Below the pieces are notes generated by a model. That model worked only from the letters and a program-made list of their open reading frames with translations, did no database searches and had not been told where the DNA came from. From Eledone cirrhosa (Eukaryota): 64,000 nt of DNA. The first letter of the stretch is position 1. The number at the start of each line of letters is the position of its first letter. This document shows positions 59,806 through 64,000 of the stretch, in pieces. The stretch spans positions 28,210,001-28,274,000 of the forward strand of contig OZ024756.1 in assembly GCA_964016885.1 (NCBI GenBank), in the 5' to 3' direction. A program made the position numbers and the translations under genes.

Positions 59806-60123
59806 CAGGGGCGTGCAACAGGCGACCCGCGGGCCACAATCCGGCCCACCAGACCAGTCAGAGTGGCCCGCGATGACCGTTTAAAATGTTTACCTTGTAG
59901 GCTTATTTAGAATTTTTTTCGTAACCGTAATACAATTTTCTGTTAGTTGACCTATAGTGAAGAGCTTCACTGATAGGGTTATGTGTGTTATAATTTCCCA
60001 GTTCCATGTTATGGAAAGAATTGTGGTGAATCTTTGGAATAGTGCTTAATAAATATTAATGGCTCTAATAGTTGTTCCAATGTTGAAAAGTGGCCCGCCA
60101 ATGGAATATGTTACACACGCCTG
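59806..60123 (+). mobile_element. hAT MITE, same family as 10096-11395 but with a single 55-bp unit
   Basis: CAGGGGCGTGCAACAGGCG...CACACGCCTG; degenerate 8-bp TSD GCCTAAAT/ACCTAGAT. Confidence 0.88.
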
Positions 60124-60337
60124 ACCTAGATGAAATACCGTGTAAGGAGTAAATTTTCTTTTTGATTGTATTGCTTTCTCCTCCATTTATTTTTGCTTAT
60201 CTCTCATTAAATATTAACGATCCTATAATATTTAACATTGCATCTCTAAGCATTGAGCACACTTCGCTTCGGCTATTGACAATTGGCATCTATTATATTG
60301 TATTACAATCCTTTCTCTTCCGCTCTTATGATATATG

Positions 60338-60407
<70 letters not shown>

Positions 60408-60550
60408 TATTTATTAAAATAACAGATTAATGTTTAAGCAAATAATCGCTGCTTTCACCCTTAACAGGATCTTCTGAGTTTCAGAAGATCCCGTTAAGGG
60501 TGAAAGCAGCGATTCTTTGCTTAAACTTTAATCTGTTATTTTAATAAATA
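60408..60550. repeat. Fold-back palindrome of a recurrent repeat end (single-arm copies at ~12970, 37870, 40860, 42430)
   Basis: ...CACCCTTAACAGGATCTTCTGA GTT TCAGAAGATCCCGTTAAGGGTG... Confidence 0.88.
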
Positions 60551-60854
60551 TTTGCTCTATGGTTCTTATATATTTGATATATATTTATCCTTATCGAGCC
60601 CTCTTTGGATTTTAGTCTTCACATTTATTATTATTACTATATATATATATAACAGAGTGTTGTAGTTTGCTTGAAGCATTGTTGAATAGGGAATATAAAT
60701 TTAAATAATTTTAAAATCCGTACAATGCAATAGAAAATTATAGGTGCCAAGATAACAATAGAATTTTACTTTACCAAATTTGGTTATCCCAAATATTTAA
60801 AAACCCATTATCAAGGGAGTATACCTGTGAAAGTCTTATACATATATATTCCAG

Positions 60855-61015
60855 AAACGTATATGACATCGATTATTTAAGCGGTCTTTTCACTGAAACT
60901 AAAGCTCCTCCTGCGGCTGTTGGTCCGACATTGAAGAAATTGTTCAAAGACCAATTCAATAGTTTGAAAGATGGTGATAGATTCTTTTATGCGAACACCG
61001 ATGTATTTCAGAGTT
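60855..61015 (+). CDS. Heme peroxidase-like gene exon (NVYDIDYLSGLFTE...VGPTLKKLFKDQFNSLKDGDRFFYAN...)
   Basis: TTCCAG acceptor, GTAAGT donor; DIDLxxG...E...VGPT...QFxxLxxGDRFxY motif; phase 2 to 1. Confidence 0.96.
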
Positions 61016-61116
61016 GTAAGTAAAAAAAAGATTTTTCTTTTTTCATTGTTCTCTTTCGTTGATCTAGTAAATTAAGAAATTCCTGACATTGAGCCAACAT
61101 AAACATGATCATGTAC

Positions 61117-61150
<34 letters not shown>

Positions 61151-61464
61151 TATGTGTGTGTGTGTGTGGTGTATACGTGTGTACATGTGTGCGTGAATAC
61201 ATATGTATATGTACATATATATATATATACGAGTATATGTACATATATATATATATATGTACATATATATATATATATATACATACACACACACAGGGAA
61301 ATTCCGTTATAACGAAATTTACAGGGTATAAAAAAATTCGTTGTAACGAAAAATTGTTTATAACGAGATCGATCTAACACATCGAGTGTGTGGCCGGGGA
61401 TTGAAAAAAATTTCGTTATACTGAAAAATTCGTTATAATGGTATTTGTTATAACGCAATTTTAC

Positions 61465-61510
<46 letters not shown>

Positions 61511-62103
61511 AGTGAAAGAGTGAAGAATAACAGTACAAGAAGGGTTTTATTTACAGTATTAACAATTGTTTCAGTGATTAAGTTGTCTTAAAATTGCTAA
61601 TCACTTGAAGTTGTGTCACTCAATTTTAAATACGATGTATGCTTAACCAAATCATCAGATAACTGAATAACATAGATATAGCGTTTATAAATTCAAATTA
61701 CAACATCATTAATAAAGAAAGAAGAAAAAAGAAAAAGATAGAGAGAAAAAAAAAGAGAAATAAAGAAAAAAGATAAAGAAAAAGAAAAATAGAGAGAAAA
61801 AATAAAAGTAGTGATAATAAATGAATAATAATAAATAAGTTATAGCGAAGATGATAAAAAATAAATAAATTTTTTTTTTATATGTGTGCGAAGAAAATGA
61901 ACATAATATGATTGTTGAAAATAGTTGTGGTGCTGGTGGTTAAAATATAAAGATATGAGGGTATAAAGATGAAAGTATTAAATATATTCATATATGTATT
62001 ATTTAAATTAATAAATTAATAAATTGGAAGTTATATTAAACTATCCACAATACGGAGTATTCACAACCTCTAACTGGATTACCTATAACGATAACTTGTT
62101 ATC

Positions 62104-62178
<75 letters not shown>

Positions 62179-62263
62179 AAAGTTTTATTTAAAATTGTTG
62201 GGTTACAACGAGTAAATATTTTATAACTAATATAAAGCACTCAACAAGTTTTAGAGTAGATAT

Positions 62264-62625
62264 ACGATATTAAACAAATGGAAACTATATTTATAAAACC
62301 ATATTTATTTCATTATACATATTTCAGGGATACCATATTAAAAATATGGCATGCCTTCTTCAGATAAAATACAATATATAAGCAGTTTTATAAATAAATT
62401 TGACGTACCATAAAATATTGATCAACTTCCATTTAAAGAACCAAACCAACTTCTTTAAATGGAAGTTGATCAATATTTTATGGTACGTCAAATTTATTTA
62501 TAAAACTGCTTATATATTGTATTTTATCTGAAGAAGGCATGCCATATTTTTAATATGGTATCCCTGAAATATGTATGATGAAATAAATATGGTTTTATAA
62601 ATATAGTTTCCATTTGTTTAATATC

Positions 62626-62627
<2 letters not shown>
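62264..62627. mobile_element. Penelope pLTR fold-back (~180-bp arms) with hammerhead motif on each strand
   Basis: Arms are reverse complements around CCAAACCAAC; hammerheads at 62306-62371 (-) and 62520-62585 (+), same family as 45524-45589. Confidence 0.85.
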
Positions 62628-62717
<90 letters not shown>

Positions 62718-63137
62718 GGTTGACAGCTGAGAGAAAAGAGTACTCAATACCGAAACACAGTTTTAATATTCATTTTATTAAGGCTAAATAGTGAGACTTG
62801 TTAACCTGATTATATGTCTGACGTGGTCCGCCTCATAGTTCACACTGGATACCCCTCAATATCTCTAGCTTCTGCAGTAGTTGCTCTAAAGACGACACAT
62901 ACAGAAAAGTCTTGAAAGTGGTGGTGGTGGTGGTGGTGGTGGTGGTGGTGGCCTTCTTGTTACTGTTGCCAGCTGTTGTGGTTGTGTTTGAGATTGTGGT
63001 GGCGGTGGCAAAGCTTTGCCCTTACACTTGGAAGGGACGGAGAAATCATAACTCAACTACTACGAAAACCTGTGACAATTTTGCATATAAAAACTTTCGG
63101 TCTGCTTGGATTTATAGTTCAGTTTTCTACCATTTCT

Positions 63138-63525
63138 GTCTTCTTCTTCTTCTTCTTCTTCTTCTTCTTCTTCTTCTTGCTCTTGTTCGACAAGGCCGGG
63201 GTCATCCTCAGCCAGCGATCCCAAAGCATCGTCGTGCGTAGAGCCGACCAGATCCATCAGCGCCCTCCATCGCTGGCGGTCCCGTGCCAACACCTCTGCA
63301 TCCTACAAGGTGATGTCGAGCCTCCTGAGATCTTCCCTGATGATATCCAGCCATTTGAAACGGGCCCTCTTCCAGCCTGCAGCCACTGCGTCGAACGAGA
63401 GTAAGGCCCTAATAGGATGATCTGGTGGAAAGCAGAAGACATCTCCTTACCAGCGTACGCGGCGGGTAGCTGTGGGCTGATGAGTTCGCGCACGCAACAC
63501 TTTGTTGGAAACGTGGTGGTCCCAT
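63138..63525 (-). mobile_element. RTE-like LINE 3' fragment with (GAA)n tail
   Basis: Minus strand GRGPxxxWxDxIR-like and LARDRQRWRAL motifs followed by (GAA)n. Confidence 0.65.
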
Positions 63526-63555
63526 CTGTTTATTCATTTTTTTTTTTTTTTTCAG

Positions 63556-63655
63556 ACCAACTTGAAGAAATCAAAAAGATACAAATGGCTAACCTCTTGT
63601 GTAGAAATGTACCAGGCTTAACTAGTGTAAAAGAGAATGCTTTTGAGATGACCTC
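63556..63655 (+). CDS. Heme peroxidase-like gene exon (YQLEEIKKIQMANLLCRNVPGLTSVKENAFEMTS); gene continues beyond the window
   Basis: Poly-T plus CAG acceptor, GTGAGT donor; QLxEIRKxSLAxxxCxN motif; phase 1 to 2. Confidence 0.94.
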
Positions 63656-64000
63656 GTGAGTATTAACCTTATTATAAATACTAATATTTATAATAATGAT
63701 TTCTACTATAGGCATAAGGCCGGCAATTTGAGGGGAGGGGAAAGTCGATTAAATCGACTCCAGTGCATTGCTGGTACTTTATTTTATTGACCTTGTAAGG
63801 ATGACAGGCAAAGCTAACTTCGGCAGGATTTGCATGGTGTCTGACGCTCTACCGATACTGCCAATCCACCACCCTAATAATTGTTTCTATTTTTGGCACA
63901 AGGCCAGCAATTATTCCAGTGTATTACTGGTACTTTATTTAATCGACCCTCGTAAGGATGAAAGGCAAAGTTAACCTCGGTGGGATTTGAACTCAGAATG

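Overview
AT-rich eukaryotic DNA saturated with microsatellites. The SINE, Penelope and Helitron families and the (TA)n/(CA)n density look like a cephalopod, probably Octopus (inference). Almost all six-frame ORFs are microsatellite or transposon artefacts. One host gene is visible: an 11-exon + strand gene from 24237 to 63655. Its first and last exons are not identified and it continues past the window. All introns are GT-AG, the phases are mutually consistent and there are no stops, giving ~508 codons of an animal heme peroxidase (peroxidase-cyclooxygenase superfamily) domain. The distal His/Gln/Arg and proximal His/Asn motifs are all replaced, making it a probable pseudo-peroxidase. The rest is mobile DNA: a Tx1/L1 LINE relic; R4/Dong, RTE, CRE-like and L2/Crack fragments; and a young non-autonomous LTR element with identical LTRs, a 4-bp TSD and a tandem array of tRNA-Trp read-through primer-binding sites. 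There are also many Penelope fragments carrying type I hammerhead ribozyme motifs and forming fold-back palindromes; hAT, mariner and pogo-type MITEs; Helitrons; two SINE families; and satellites whose single-copy parent units are visible in the window. All alignments and folds were done by eye.
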